Shown: positions 6,538 to 15,169, counted from the first letter of the stretch. The stretch is DNA of 16,518 nt from Nitrosopumilaceae archaeon (GCA_040877685.1 JBBDNF010000060.1:18817-35334); one strand, 5' to 3'. Notes: generated from the letters alone by a model not told the origin. Numbers and translations: made by a program.

Positions 6538-7005
6538 TTAGATCTCCTGCGCTACAAGCTCCACATGTGTAAGTATGTCTATCTTTGGTGTTGCTCTTCC
6601 CATTGCACGTGGAATAAATCGCTCAATTTTCCTTCCTTTGTGAACAGTTGCGTTTACTATTCTTAGTCTATCTAAATCCATGCCACGATATTCTGCATTT
6701 GATTCTAAATTGTCAAGCAGTTTGATAAATTCATTAGCAGCTTTTTGCGGGTAACGTCCTGACATTACGCCGGTGTCTGATTTGTGTCCAACCTCGTTGT
6801 GATATCTTCTAAAGGCAACAGCTCGTTTTAACTTTACAACATCTTGCAAATAGTCTCTTGCCTTTTCAATTTTCATACCTTTTATTGCAACTGCTATTTC
6901 ACGTGCATGCTTGTGTGAAATCGTTTTTTCTCTTAGGGCAGAGCGTACATGTTTTGTTTTATCGTAGTTTTGAAAAGCGTACTTGAAGTTTGGCATCTCG
7001 ATCAC
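6538..7005 (-). CDS. rpl22: 50S ribosomal protein uL22 (L22)
   Basis: 155 aa; the pattern SHKHAREIAVAIKGM...A..L and position after uS19 fit L22. 4-nt overlap with uS19. Confidence 0.92.
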   Translation of the reverse strand: MIEMPNFKYAFQNYDKTKHVRSALREKTISHKHAREIAVAIKGMKIEKARDYLQDVVKLKRAVAFRRYHNEVGHKSDTGVMSGRYPQKAANEFIKLLDNLESNAEYRGMDLDRLRIVNATVHKGRKIERFIPRAMGRATPKIDILTHVELVAQEI

Positions 7006-7397
7006 TTTAATGGCACATACAAACTAGACCTTGATGCTCCCACACCAGGCGCTCCATGAATTACTCTTTTGTTTGTTCTCACATATTCTCCAGTATAATG
7101 ACCAATCATTTCCGGCTTTATGACAACAGGCACAAACTCTTTCCCAGAAAAAATGTGTATTGTAAGCCCTGTCATGTAAGGCATAATAATCAAATCCCTA
7201 AGGTGCGTTTTGATTGGAATCGCGAGTTTGCCTGCTTTTGTCAGTTTTATTTCGTCTAACAACTTTCTTTTGCCATCAGTTATTCCTCTGGTTAAAGATC
7301 TTCTAGATCTGGCTGGTAAAAGCGCAAATAGCTTTTCTAGTGACAGGTTCTGAAGCTCCTCCGTTCCAATTCCTCGATATTTAAATTCTTTAACCAT
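7002..7397 (-). CDS. rps19: 30S ribosomal protein uS19 (S19)
   Basis: 131 aa; FKYRGIGTEELQNLSLEKLFALLPARSRRSL...GKEFVPVVIKPEMIGHYTGEY...HGAPGVGASRSS is classic archaeal S19. Confidence 0.94.
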   Translation of the reverse strand: MVKEFKYRGIGTEELQNLSLEKLFALLPARSRRSLTRGITDGKRKLLDEIKLTKAGKLAIPIKTHLRDLIIMPYMTGLTIHIFSGKEFVPVVIKPEMIGHYTGEYVRTNKRVIHGAPGVGASRSSLYVPLK

Positions 7398-7438
7398 TCA
7401 AACTCACCATTATGCGACTGGATTCAAGGCAGACCATA

Positions 7439-7705
7439 TTATAGCATTCCTATCTTTGTTGCAAGATCCCTTGCCTTTTCTGTGGTCTGGAATTTTACAA
7501 AGGCCTTTTTCCCGTAAACTGTCTTGCACACATTTACGGCAGTAGGCTCTTCGTTGTATAGAATTTTAACCGCCTCCATGATTTTTGGTTTGGTGGCATT
7601 ATGCTTTACTATAAAGCATATCCTGTTTTCTTTTTCAACCAACGCAAAGGTCTTTTCTGTAATGTATGGCTTAAGAACTATCTGAATAGCTTCGTCGGCA
7701 TTCAT
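7439..7705 (-). CDS. rpl23: 50S ribosomal protein uL23 (L23)
   Basis: 88 aa; ...KPYITEKT......N...F.V...ATKP.I..AV and position after uL4 fit L23. Confidence 0.92.
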   Translation of the reverse strand: MNADEAIQIVLKPYITEKTFALVEKENRICFIVKHNATKPKIMEAVKILYNEEPTAVNVCKTVYGKKAFVKFQTTEKARDLATKIGML

Positions 7706-8517
7706 CTTGTCGTCACCATAAGCTCCAAGTGCGGAGATTTTATTTTTGCAAGTTCTTCAATTGCACTTTTTGAAAATACTGTTAATCTGATTGGATGTGC
7801 GCCCGGAACCAAATCTAATACACTTAGGCTGTCTACAGACTTTACGTCTACGCCCAAGAATGTTCCACAGGCCTTAACCAGATTCTTTGAGTCCTTTACT
7901 ACAATTAGTACACTTTTACCCACCTTGGTTTTCCTACCACGTAAAAGCGGCTTACCAGAACGACGCTTTAGCCTTGATCTTAATCTGTCTACATCTTGTG
8001 TCAAATTCAACGCGTCAAAGAATTTTGCCAAGTCTTTTGATTTTGATATTGATTCAATTTCATCAGAGACAACAATTGGAAATGATTCTAGCTTGTCGAT
8101 TTTGTGACCTCGTGATTTTATTAATGATACAGATGCGGTAGCGGCAATTGCGGAACAAAGTGCAAGTTTGTTTTCTTTTTTGTTTAACATTTTGTAAACT
8201 ATTTTTTCTGTGGTGGGCGGGTGTGCTTGCCTTCCTCCTCTTACCATAGCCACTCCACCGCCTTGGCCTTGCCTTCCACCGCCTCCACCACGCAGTCTTG
8301 CGACTCTTGCCTGATGATGACCCGTTGGAGGACTGTTTGATTCTGCTACTACATCCATACCAGCATTGGCGTATCGTCCTTGAACCTGAAAGTGATGTGA
8401 TTCAAGATTCACATACGCTTTGTGTAAGAGATCAGTTCTAAGTGGAGTAGAAAATACAAGTGGTAATTCCATCTCGCCCGCGTTTGAACCATTTATTGAA
8501 AAAACCGGTGCTTTCAT
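7702..8517 (-). CDS. rpl4: 50S ribosomal protein uL4 (L4/L1e)
   Basis: 271 aa with the Gly/Arg-rich extended loop (RLRGGGGGRQGQGGGVAMVRGGRQAHPP) typical of L4. 4-nt overlaps with uL3 and uL23. Confidence 0.94.
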   Translation of the reverse strand: MKAPVFSINGSNAGEMELPLVFSTPLRTDLLHKAYVNLESHHFQVQGRYANAGMDVVAESNSPPTGHHQARVARLRGGGGGRQGQGGGVAMVRGGRQAHPPTTEKIVYKMLNKKENKLALCSAIAATASVSLIKSRGHKIDKLESFPIVVSDEIESISKSKDLAKFFDALNLTQDVDRLRSRLKRRSGKPLLRGRKTKVGKSVLIVVKDSKNLVKACGTFLGVDVKSVDSLSVLDLVPGAHPIRLTVFSKSAIEELAKIKSPHLELMVTTR

Positions 8518-9506
8518 ATCATTATCTCCAAAACATTGGGTGGCGTTATTTTTGAAACTCTATGTCGCATTGGAGATCGTAGCTTGACTAACCGCCGGTA
8601 TGTTCCAGGAATTGATCCTCGTATCACAACATAGTCTCCATCTACCAGCCCAAAATGCTTGAATCCTCCTAAAGGATTGATTTTGAACTCATTAGTTTTT
8701 GTATTGCTAATTATCATAATTCTATTATTGTATTGTGTTCTTTGGTGGAATCCACGTTGACCTGCCCTTGGAACTGTATACATTATTGTAGCAGGACTGA
8801 TTGGACCCAATGTGCCAAGGGCCCTTACACTCTTTCTTGATTTGTGCTGTTTCTTTTTTACACCCCATCTTGTGATTGGGCCTTCAATTCCTTTTCCTTT
8901 TGTTATGGCAGCGACATCAACATCAGCGCCTTTTTGAAAAACTTGCTCAACTTTAACTTCCTTACCCAAAAGATCTTTGACAAAGGCAAATTGTTTGGCA
9001 ATATCGCCACCTTTTACAGCCACTTCAAAAACGTATGGTTTTTTTTGCTCCCTACCAGCTTGCTGTGGAAGGACAGCTACGATGGCAAAAAGATCAGAAA
9101 CCCTTCCAAGTGACTTTTCAGCTCTTTCAAGGCTTTTTTCATCCGACTTTGCAGTAAACAGTCTTGATAGCTCCTTTGGCAGATCTTTTGCATAAACATC
9201 AAAAATTGAATCTAGTCCGTATCTGTCTTTTGAATAGCCACGAATGCCAATTACTGTAAGAGGTGGTGTTACAACTACAGTCCCAAGGCTTACAAGCTGC
9301 TTACCAAAGTTTGGAGTCTTCTCTCTATCATCTATGCTAGCAATACGTATGCACCCAGCTTTGAATCCTGCATGCGCCATAAGTTTTGGCTGATCTCCAT
9401 CCTGATCGGGCCAACTGCGAATTCTTGCTTCCATGCTTTTAGCTCGCGCTCTTGGAAGATATGCAAGGCTTCCCCGCCTTGGTTGGCTATGTTTTCTATG
9501 ACCCAT
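8514..9506 (-). CDS. rpl3: 50S ribosomal protein uL3 (L3)
   Basis: 330 aa; the N-terminus MGHRKHSQPRRGSLAYLPR and the ...GKGIEGPITRWGV motif are diagnostic of archaeal L3. First gene of the operon. Confidence 0.95.
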   Translation of the reverse strand: MGHRKHSQPRRGSLAYLPRARAKSMEARIRSWPDQDGDQPKLMAHAGFKAGCIRIASIDDREKTPNFGKQLVSLGTVVVTPPLTVIGIRGYSKDRYGLDSIFDVYAKDLPKELSRLFTAKSDEKSLERAEKSLGRVSDLFAIVAVLPQQAGREQKKPYVFEVAVKGGDIAKQFAFVKDLLGKEVKVEQVFQKGADVDVAAITKGKGIEGPITRWGVKKKQHKSRKSVRALGTLGPISPATIMYTVPRAGQRGFHQRTQYNNRIMIISNTKTNEFKINPLGGFKHFGLVDGDYVVIRGSIPGTYRRLVKLRSPMRHRVSKITPPNVLEIMI

Positions 9507-9533
9507 GGATAAACGCTAAATGTCGTAAACCCC

Positions 9534-9541
9534 ATTATAAG
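9534..9541 (-). promoter_or_regulatory. candidate TATA box of the r-protein operon
   Basis: The minus strand reads CTTATAAT about 31 nt upstream of the uL3 ATG, implying a very short leader. Positional and compositional evidence only. Confidence 0.3.
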
Positions 9542-9591
9542 TCTACTATTAAAAATAATAATTTGAACTAATTTTTATGTAAATTTCGAAA

Positions 9592-9705
9592 TTATAGATT
9601 TAAGAAATCTGTTACTGTCATTACGATAATTATTCCGCCCATTATAATTCCTGCAATGCCAGCTGCAATTGCAAAAAGCAAGAATCGTTTTTGTTTTGAC
9701 AACAT
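9592..9705 (-). CDS. possible 37-aa single-pass membrane micro-protein
   Basis: Hand translation gives MLSKQKRFLLFAIAAGIAGIIMGGIIIVMTVTDFLNL*: a basic N-terminus followed by one hydrophobic helix. It lies in the 229-bp gap between the SPOUT gene and uL3. Below the ORF-track size cut-off and could be a chance ORF. Confidence 0.25.
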   Translation of the reverse strand: MLSKQKRFLLFAIAAGIAGIIMGGIIIVMTVTDFLNL

Positions 9706-9735
9706 AATTATGTAAATTTAAAAATAATATTAAAC

Positions 9736-10551
9736 TTAATTGCGTGTAAAGACGTTTAAGATTGCCAAAGTACCAAGTATAGCTTCTTCCAGACGCACTG
9801 TTTCGGTGGCCTGCTCTGGGAAGAAATTTAGAATCTGTGATCGTGGGATCTCATTTATTGCCTTTCCTAGAATTTCATGCAATCCCCTTTCAGGCGAACC
9901 AAAAACAACAAGCAATTGATTGTCTGAAATTTTATCAAAGTACTTTTGCATTTTGTGTATGGTTTTGCCTTTTTTTGAAGTTAGTATTATGTCCGAGCCC
10001 CAGTTAGTTAGAAGTGTGCGTAAATTTGCACTCTCTCTTATCTCATAGCCCCAATATTGCATTATCTCATTCCTAGAAATCTGCTTTGCTGAAAGTTCTG
10101 GAAAATCAGTTTTAAATTGCATGCTAACTCTTCTCCCTACTTTGTCTTCTCCAAAATATTGTACAAGTCGATCAAGTCCAACGTCAACATATTTTTTTCC
10201 TTTTGCAAAAACTATCATGCCTTCTCTTATATCGCCAGCTTTGATTTTTCTTGAATCTGAGGTATAGGAATGATGTGGAATCTTTAATGGACTAAGACTC
10301 CCAGCAAACCTTAGTTCAGAAATTTTTTGAAAAAGCCCTCGCCGTAAATATTGCGGTGTCTCAAGATACTTTAGTATAATACGTAAGAGTGATCTGTCTT
10401 GTTCGCTTCCAGAGCTTTCATGATAAATGTAAATGGTTTGTATACGAAATATTGCACATGCTCTTGCAATTAATGATATTTTCATTGATTTGCCAAGCTG
10501 TGTTGATTCGTCTTTAATTGACGAATCAGGAATTGCAATTGAAATTTTCAA
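9736..10551 (-). CDS. putative SPOUT-superfamily RNA methyltransferase (DUF171 / COG2106, C9orf114-like)
   Basis: 271 aa. The N-terminal strand ISIAIPDS followed by ISLIARACAIFRIQTIYIY, plus the C-terminal VVFGSPERGL...E...LR.EEAI pattern, match my recollection of this family, which often precedes rpl3 in archaea. The start is TTG (10551-10549), the only start-type codon after the upstream in-frame stop. Confidence 0.7.
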   Translation of the reverse strand: MKISIAIPDSSIKDESTQLGKSMKISLIARACAIFRIQTIYIYHESSGSEQDRSLLRIILKYLETPQYLRRGLFQKISELRFAGSLSPLKIPHHSYTSDSRKIKAGDIREGMIVFAKGKKYVDVGLDRLVQYFGEDKVGRRVSMQFKTDFPELSAKQISRNEIMQYWGYEIRESANLRTLLTNWGSDIILTSKKGKTIHKMQKYFDKISDNQLLVVFGSPERGLHEILGKAINEIPRSQILNFFPEQATETVRLEEAILGTLAILNVFTRN

Positions 10552-10589
10552 TAACCAGAGTACTTATTTGCGTTATAAAACGGTAGAGA

Positions 10590-11339
10590 TTAGCTCTGTC
10601 TTTTTGTGGCGTGTTCTTTTGCTTTTGTTGCGTATCTTTCAATGTCTTTTTCTGGCACTTTAGAAAGAAGCTTCGTATCGTTTTGGATTTGTGACATCTT
10701 GATGTGTTTTACACCTTCCTTATCCTCGCTGACAAGATATATTGATTCTATTGCAAGTGCAGCCGCGTCTTCTGTTGTCATATCTTTTTTGTAGAATTTT
10801 TCCAGATATTCAGTTACTTGATCAGCACCTGAACCAATTGCGACCGCATCATATGAGATGTATGTTCCACTTGGATCTGTAAGATATATTGTACTTCCAC
10901 TTCTGTCTACGCCGGCAATTATTAATGCAACACCAAATGGTCTAACTCCAGCGTACTGAGTAAACTGCTGGCACTGATCTGCAAGATGCTTTGCAACTGA
11001 CTCTACCTCGACTGGTTCATCATAGATCATTCTGTTACTTTGTGCGAAAAATCGTGCGTTATCTACTTGACTTCGTGCATCTGGAATGTATCCAGCTGCA
11101 GCAACCCCAATGTGATCATCAACTTGAAATATCTTCTGGGTTACCTCTGCATTTTGTAGTTTGCGTGGTTTTTCTTCTACAGCAAGAATAATGCCGTCTT
11201 CACTTTTAATTCCAATTGCAAGTGTTCCTCTTCGAACAGTTTCAATTGCGTATTCTACTTGGTATAATCTACCGTCAGGAGAAAATACTGTGATTGCTCT
11301 ATCATATCCTGCAGCTGCTGGTAACAATTCAATTTTCAT
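10590..11339 (-). CDS. psmA: proteasome subunit alpha
   Basis: 249 aa; YDRAITVFSPDGRLYQVEYA is the canonical alpha-subunit N-terminal signature, and the rest has the Ntn-hydrolase fold pattern. Confidence 0.95.
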   Translation of the reverse strand: MKIELLPAAAGYDRAITVFSPDGRLYQVEYAIETVRRGTLAIGIKSEDGIILAVEEKPRKLQNAEVTQKIFQVDDHIGVAAAGYIPDARSQVDNARFFAQSNRMIYDEPVEVESVAKHLADQCQQFTQYAGVRPFGVALIIAGVDRSGSTIYLTDPSGTYISYDAVAIGSGADQVTEYLEKFYKKDMTTEDAAALAIESIYLVSEDKEGVKHIKMSQIQNDTKLLSKVPEKDIERYATKAKEHATKRQS

Positions 11340-11379
11340 ACCTTTGAAGGTTTAATTTAAGTCTAGTGCTATCACGATC

Positions 11380-11796
11380 GTGCATTTCGAGATCCCATTT
11401 TACGGTCACGAAAATATTCGATCACTACATCAGAAAACTATCGAGATAACAACAGAATCAGAACTCACACTACAAGGAAATTGCATAATAGGAGTGCGTG
11501 CAAGTTGTGGTTGTAATGACATTCCAGAAAAAATGAAAAATCTTTTGCGTGCTTCAAAATCAGATGTGTTATTTACAATTACAGTAAAAGATCTTTCCTT
11601 TAAAGTAAAAGGCAGAGGTCACAAGGATCTGATTTTGACTAACCCCCACGATATAGTAATTAGAAAAAGCTCCTTTATCTGTCCACGGACTTTGGCTACG
11701 TATTGTGACAAAGCATCAGATTCCATTCCACGCAACATAATCAGACTCTTACAAAACCAAGATTCCTTTGGAGTCTTTGCGATAGATGTCAGCTAG
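11380..11796 (+). CDS. conserved archaeal protein of unknown function (DUF371-like)
   Basis: 138-aa ORF with a GTG start. GHENIRSLHQKTIEITTE...LTLQGNCIIGV resembles the DUF371/COG2090 family as I recall it. The family assignment needs a profile search. Confidence 0.65.
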   Translation: MHFEIPFYGHENIRSLHQKTIEITTESELTLQGNCIIGVRASCGCNDIPEKMKNLLRASKSDVLFTITVKDLSFKVKGRGHKDLILTNPHDIVIRKSSFICPRTLATYCDKASDSIPRNIIRLLQNQDSFGVFAIDVS

Positions 11797-12369
11797 TTAT
11801 TTTTTAGATATAAAGTTTCTCTTTCTTGTAGACAATGCGTTATGACTAAATCCATTGTTTTCAAATACATTTGTCACAGCACGATTTACTATTTCTAATA
11901 AGACATATTTATCATAGTCTTGTTCAGAATTTTCGCCGTTTCCAAGATTTTTCTTTTTTATTTTTGATGTACTTTTTTGAGCAAGATTTTTGATTATTTT
12001 TTCCATTTTGACAGAAGTGTCAGTTATTGTTTTTAAAAACTCTGAATCAAAGTTTGGTGGAATTGTATATCCCAATAGATTTATTGATGTACCATAAAAT
12101 TTCATTACAGCTCCACGGATCTCTTCCATCCTAACAATTTCCACAAGACCTGCATTTTTTAGTACGTCCAGATGATACCTGATTGTTGTAGTAGCTTTGT
12201 TGTATCCTGCCTTATGTAATTCATCAGCTATTTGTTCTGCAGAAAGCTGTCTACGATACAAAGTTTGAAGGATTTTTATCCTTGCTTTGTCATCTAGCGC
12301 TTTGGCTTGTTCAACGTTTGTTGTGACTATTCGGTTCACTTTGAGGTCTTTTTGTAATAGCGTAGACAT
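11797..12369 (-). CDS. ArsR-family winged-helix transcriptional regulator with a C-terminal extension
   Basis: 190 aa; ALDDKARIKILQTLYRRQLSAEQIADELHKAGYNKATTTIRYHLDVLKNAGLVE is a typical ArsR/SmtB-type wHTH. The C-terminal ~90 aa are unassigned. Its stop abuts the stop of the convergent DUF371-like gene with no gap. Confidence 0.8.
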   Translation of the reverse strand: MSTLLQKDLKVNRIVTTNVEQAKALDDKARIKILQTLYRRQLSAEQIADELHKAGYNKATTTIRYHLDVLKNAGLVEIVRMEEIRGAVMKFYGTSINLLGYTIPPNFDSEFLKTITDTSVKMEKIIKNLAQKSTSKIKKKNLGNGENSEQDYDKYVLLEIVNRAVTNVFENNGFSHNALSTRKRNFISKK

Positions 12370-12513
12370 TTCGTCATTGAATTAAGATTTGGCCTAAAAG
12401 ATCACGATATCATAATTTTTTGCTTAACGTGTTATTTTTTTTATGCTAGAAAAGTTGTAAGAATACAAGACCTGTCCTTATTCTACAATATAACATATCT
12501 TAAAATCATTTAC

Positions 12514-12543
12514 ATGGTACCATAACTATGTAACTAGTACCAT
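12514..12543. promoter_or_regulatory. composite palindrome ATGGTAC-N16-GTACCAT (candidate operator)
   Basis: ATGGTACCAT (12514-12523) is a perfect 10-bp palindrome, and GTACCAT recurs at 12537-12543 (20-bp spacing). Between them lies TAACTA-TG-TAACTA. The site is in the 286-bp spacer upstream of the ArsR-type gene. Confidence 0.3.
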
Positions 12544-12655
12544 TACAATAAAATACAAAAATTTTTTAAAAAAAGCATTTTTTGAGAATTCTAGGAATTT
12601 TGCTATCAGTCAAAGCCTAAAATGGGCAAAAGATCCTTTTACAATCAATATTAAA

Positions 12656-13483
12656 TTAGAGTGAATGGCCAGTTATCCGTTCGTATGCTGTAATGTATCT
12701 TTCAGACATTTGCTGGCACAGCTCTGGTGGTAGTTCTGGGGCAACAGGATTCTTGCCTGTACTTCTTTCCATTTCAAATCTCTGTTGATAGCCACGTTCA
12801 GCTAACCAATCACGAAGAAGCTGTTTGTCATAGCTTTCTTGAACTTTACCTACCTTGTAGGTATCTTTTGGCCACATCCTATATTCATCAGGACCAATTG
12901 AATCTCCAATTAGTATTTGTTCTCTTGATTTTCCAAATTCTAATTTCAAGTCAGCCAGTATGAATCCGCCATCTTCTGCTATTTTTGTCATGTTTTTGTA
13001 AACGCCAATAGAGGTCTCTTCTAGCCAATCGTACTCTTTTGAACTAACAAGGTTCCTTGCAACTGCGTCTTTTTTAGTTATTGGCACATCATGTGTTTCT
13101 GATTTTGTTGTGGGATCAAACACGGGTTGTGGCAGCTTGGTAGCCATTGTAGTATCTGTATTTTTTGATAAAGTGATCTCACCATTTTTCCATCTCGTTA
13201 CAAAACTGCCATAAAAATATCCTCTAACAACGCATTCTATTGGCATCATGTTTAGTTTTTTTACTACCAATCTGTCGTTTGCTTCTGTTCTAACATAGTG
13301 ATTAGGATATGGAAGTTGTTTAAACCAGAACTCAGCAAACTTGCAAAGCACCTCACCTTTTCTAGGAATTGGGGTTGGAAATTTTACATCAAATGCAGAC
13401 ACCCTGTCACTAAAATGAAAGAGTAAATTCACATCATCAAGCTCGTAAATGTCTTTTACCTTACCTGAACGAAGAAATCTCAA
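12656..13483 (-). CDS. purC: phosphoribosylaminoimidazole-succinocarboxamide (SAICAR) synthase
   Basis: 275 aa; GKVKDIYE...FSDRVSAFD...LADLKLEFG...IGDSIGPDEYRMW are SAICAR-synthase motifs. The start is TTG (13483-13481), immediately after an in-frame stop. Confidence 0.93.
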   Translation of the reverse strand: MRFLRSGKVKDIYELDDVNLLFHFSDRVSAFDVKFPTPIPRKGEVLCKFAEFWFKQLPYPNHYVRTEANDRLVVKKLNMMPIECVVRGYFYGSFVTRWKNGEITLSKNTDTTMATKLPQPVFDPTTKSETHDVPITKKDAVARNLVSSKEYDWLEETSIGVYKNMTKIAEDGGFILADLKLEFGKSREQILIGDSIGPDEYRMWPKDTYKVGKVQESYDKQLLRDWLAERGYQQRFEMERSTGKNPVAPELPPELCQQMSERYITAYERITGHSL

Positions 13484-13535
13484 TCATCCGTCATTTGACT
13501 ACGTCTGATTTAAACTGATATTGGTACGTATCGAA

Positions 13536-13907
13536 TCAAGAACCCATCATCCCCGGCATTTTTATTGGAGTTCGGTATGGAACTGTTAAATTAATGCCTT
13601 CATCAGCCGTTACAGTCACCTCTTTTAATACACTACCACTAGGAGGAGACATGATAAGTTTTTCCCCTGGCCTTAGTAAAGAGATTTTGTCTGCATATCC
13701 TCCGTAATCTATCATTACATTAGTGAGTGGAGCCTTGCCTGTATTCTGTATGGTAACGCGTGCTGTTACAAACAAGTCTTGTGGATCTTTGAATGGGTCT
13801 ACATAAATCGCGTACTGCTCAGATGGTCCCTGGATTATAATAATTATTGTGATAGCTATTGCCACGGCAGCACCACCAGCACCTGCTGCAATAAAATTGA
13901 ACTTCAA
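13536..13907 (-). CDS. hypothetical membrane-anchored protein with a small beta-rich ectodomain (weakly CARDB/Ig-like)
   Basis: 123 aa with an N-terminal anchor FIAAGAGGAAVAIAITIIIIIQG. VTARVTIQNTGKAPLTNVMIDYGG then resembles the V.N.G...a..v pattern of CARDB-type domains. This is a weak assignment. Confidence 0.6.
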   Translation of the reverse strand: MKFNFIAAGAGGAAVAIAITIIIIIQGPSEQYAIYVDPFKDPQDLFVTARVTIQNTGKAPLTNVMIDYGGYADKISLLRPGEKLIMSPPSGSVLKEVTVTADEGINLTVPYRTPIKMPGMMGS

Positions 13908-14005
13908 TATACCAAAACCAGTTTTTACTAACTATAAAGTCTAACTTAACTATATTGTGCAAATAGCCATATTGCTTAAATCCAACACAGGCGGTTTGAG
14001 GCGAC

Positions 14006-15169
14006 ATGAGTCTTAAAACTCAAGGAAAAACACCCGAACAGGCACTAGAAGATTACCTGGATTCAATACACATTCAGTCTCATAGTCAAGCATCCGTTAA
14101 TTCATATCGTACTGCAATTATCGGAGTAAAAAACGGGTTTAGGATATTTTTAAAAGAAAAATACAATTGTGATGAAATACAGCTTAGAGCAAGGATACAA
14201 AACCAGGAGCTAGACGTTTACAACATTCTAAACGAGTATGCTATTTTTCTGGATAAAAAAGGACTCAAACCAAAGACCATAAGGCTATGGTTTACAGTCG
14301 TTAAAGGCTATCTTACGCACTTGCAGGTAGAGGTTTTTTCAGAAAAATGCAAGCAAAGGATCAAGCTTCCAAAGGTCAGACGATTAAAAAAAGAGGCTTT
14401 AACAAAAGAAATTCTAGTCAAATTACTTCGTAACCTAGACGCTAAACTACAAACTGCCGTGCTTGTGGCCACATCAAGCGGTATGAGAGTTGGTGAAATA
14501 GCTGGCCTGACTCTAGCCGATATTGAGTTTAATCATGAACCTGTTAAAATTAACGTAAGAGCTGAAACCTCAAAATCAAGAGAGGACAGGGAGACTTTTC
14601 TAACAAACGAGGCCTCAGAAGCGTTAAAGGATTATCTCAAGCGTTATTTTGGTTGGAAGGATGACAACTCAAATTCACAATTACAGGGCCTTAGAGTCTT
14701 TGGGCGAACAAGTAAAATCAGAACGGGTAGCTTGAAAGGTCGATTGCCAAAGCTAGAAGAACAGCTATCAGACGCTATTTTACTCCAAAAAACTCTAGCT
14801 GGAAGAATTGCAAAGGTTCCAGAATTAAATCGGCTAGGCCGCAATGGTAGGAAAGTAATACATTTTCACGCCTTTAGAGAGTTTTTCTATACTGTTGTCA
14901 GTAACGTGTCAGGATCTAATTTTGCTCATGCCTTAATGGGCCATCATGAATACCTGGATACATACTATGCATTATCGGAGACGCAACAAATCAAGCTGTA
15001 TCAGAAAGCTATGCCTTATCTGACGGTATCAGATTATAGCAGGATAGAGCGAGATTTGGAGAAAATTCAAAACACTCAAGATGGATTACTTGAAAAATAT
15101 GCCGAGTTTGAGCGATACCTAAGAGCTAAAGACCCCTCATTTTTGGAATTTCTAAAAAAGAATAAATAA
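14006..15169 (+). CDS. tyrosine recombinase / phage-type integrase (appears intact)
   Basis: 387 aa with an N-terminal SAM-like core-binding region. The catalytic set is readable: R in SSGMRVGEIAGL, TSKSREDR beta-hairpin Lys, H-x-x-R in HFHAFREFF, H in LMGHHEY, and nucleophile Tyr in LDTYY. It is longer than the ~280-aa archaeal XerA. GAGG lies 4 nt before the ATG. Confidence 0.9.
   Translation: MSLKTQGKTPEQALEDYLDSIHIQSHSQASVNSYRTAIIGVKNGFRIFLKEKYNCDEIQLRARIQNQELDVYNILNEYAIFLDKKGLKPKTIRLWFTVVKGYLTHLQVEVFSEKCKQRIKLPKVRRLKKEALTKEILVKLLRNLDAKLQTAVLVATSSGMRVGEIAGLTLADIEFNHEPVKINVRAETSKSREDRETFLTNEASEALKDYLKRYFGWKDDNSNSQLQGLRVFGRTSKIRTGSLKGRLPKLEEQLSDAILLQKTLAGRIAKVPELNRLGRNGRKVIHFHAFREFFYTVVSNVSGSNFAHALMGHHEYLDTYYALSETQQIKLYQKAMPYLTVSDYSRIERDLEKIQNTQDGLLEKYAEFERYLRAKDPSFLEFLKKNK

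Noticed and set aside
2596-9535. Plus-strand ORFs antisense to the ribosomal operon (2596..2955, 2980..3201, 3997..4266, 4263..4457, 4526..4735, 5534..5809, 6133..6399, 6264..6446, 7056..7259, 7601..8107, 7887..8141, 8844..9113, 8977..9195), plus the minus-strand 9332..9535
   Set aside because: Each lies wholly opposite to, or out of frame within, a confidently identified r-protein gene. Their translations are low-complexity (Phe/Ser/Leu/Cys-rich mirror images of Lys/Glu-rich proteins) and carry no motifs.
13911-13918. ACCAAAAC left of the integrase as an inverted copy of GTTTTGGT (16394-16401), that is, possible terminal inverted repeats
   Set aside because: It is only an 8-mer match with no extension into the flanks, which is expected by chance in AT-rich sequence.
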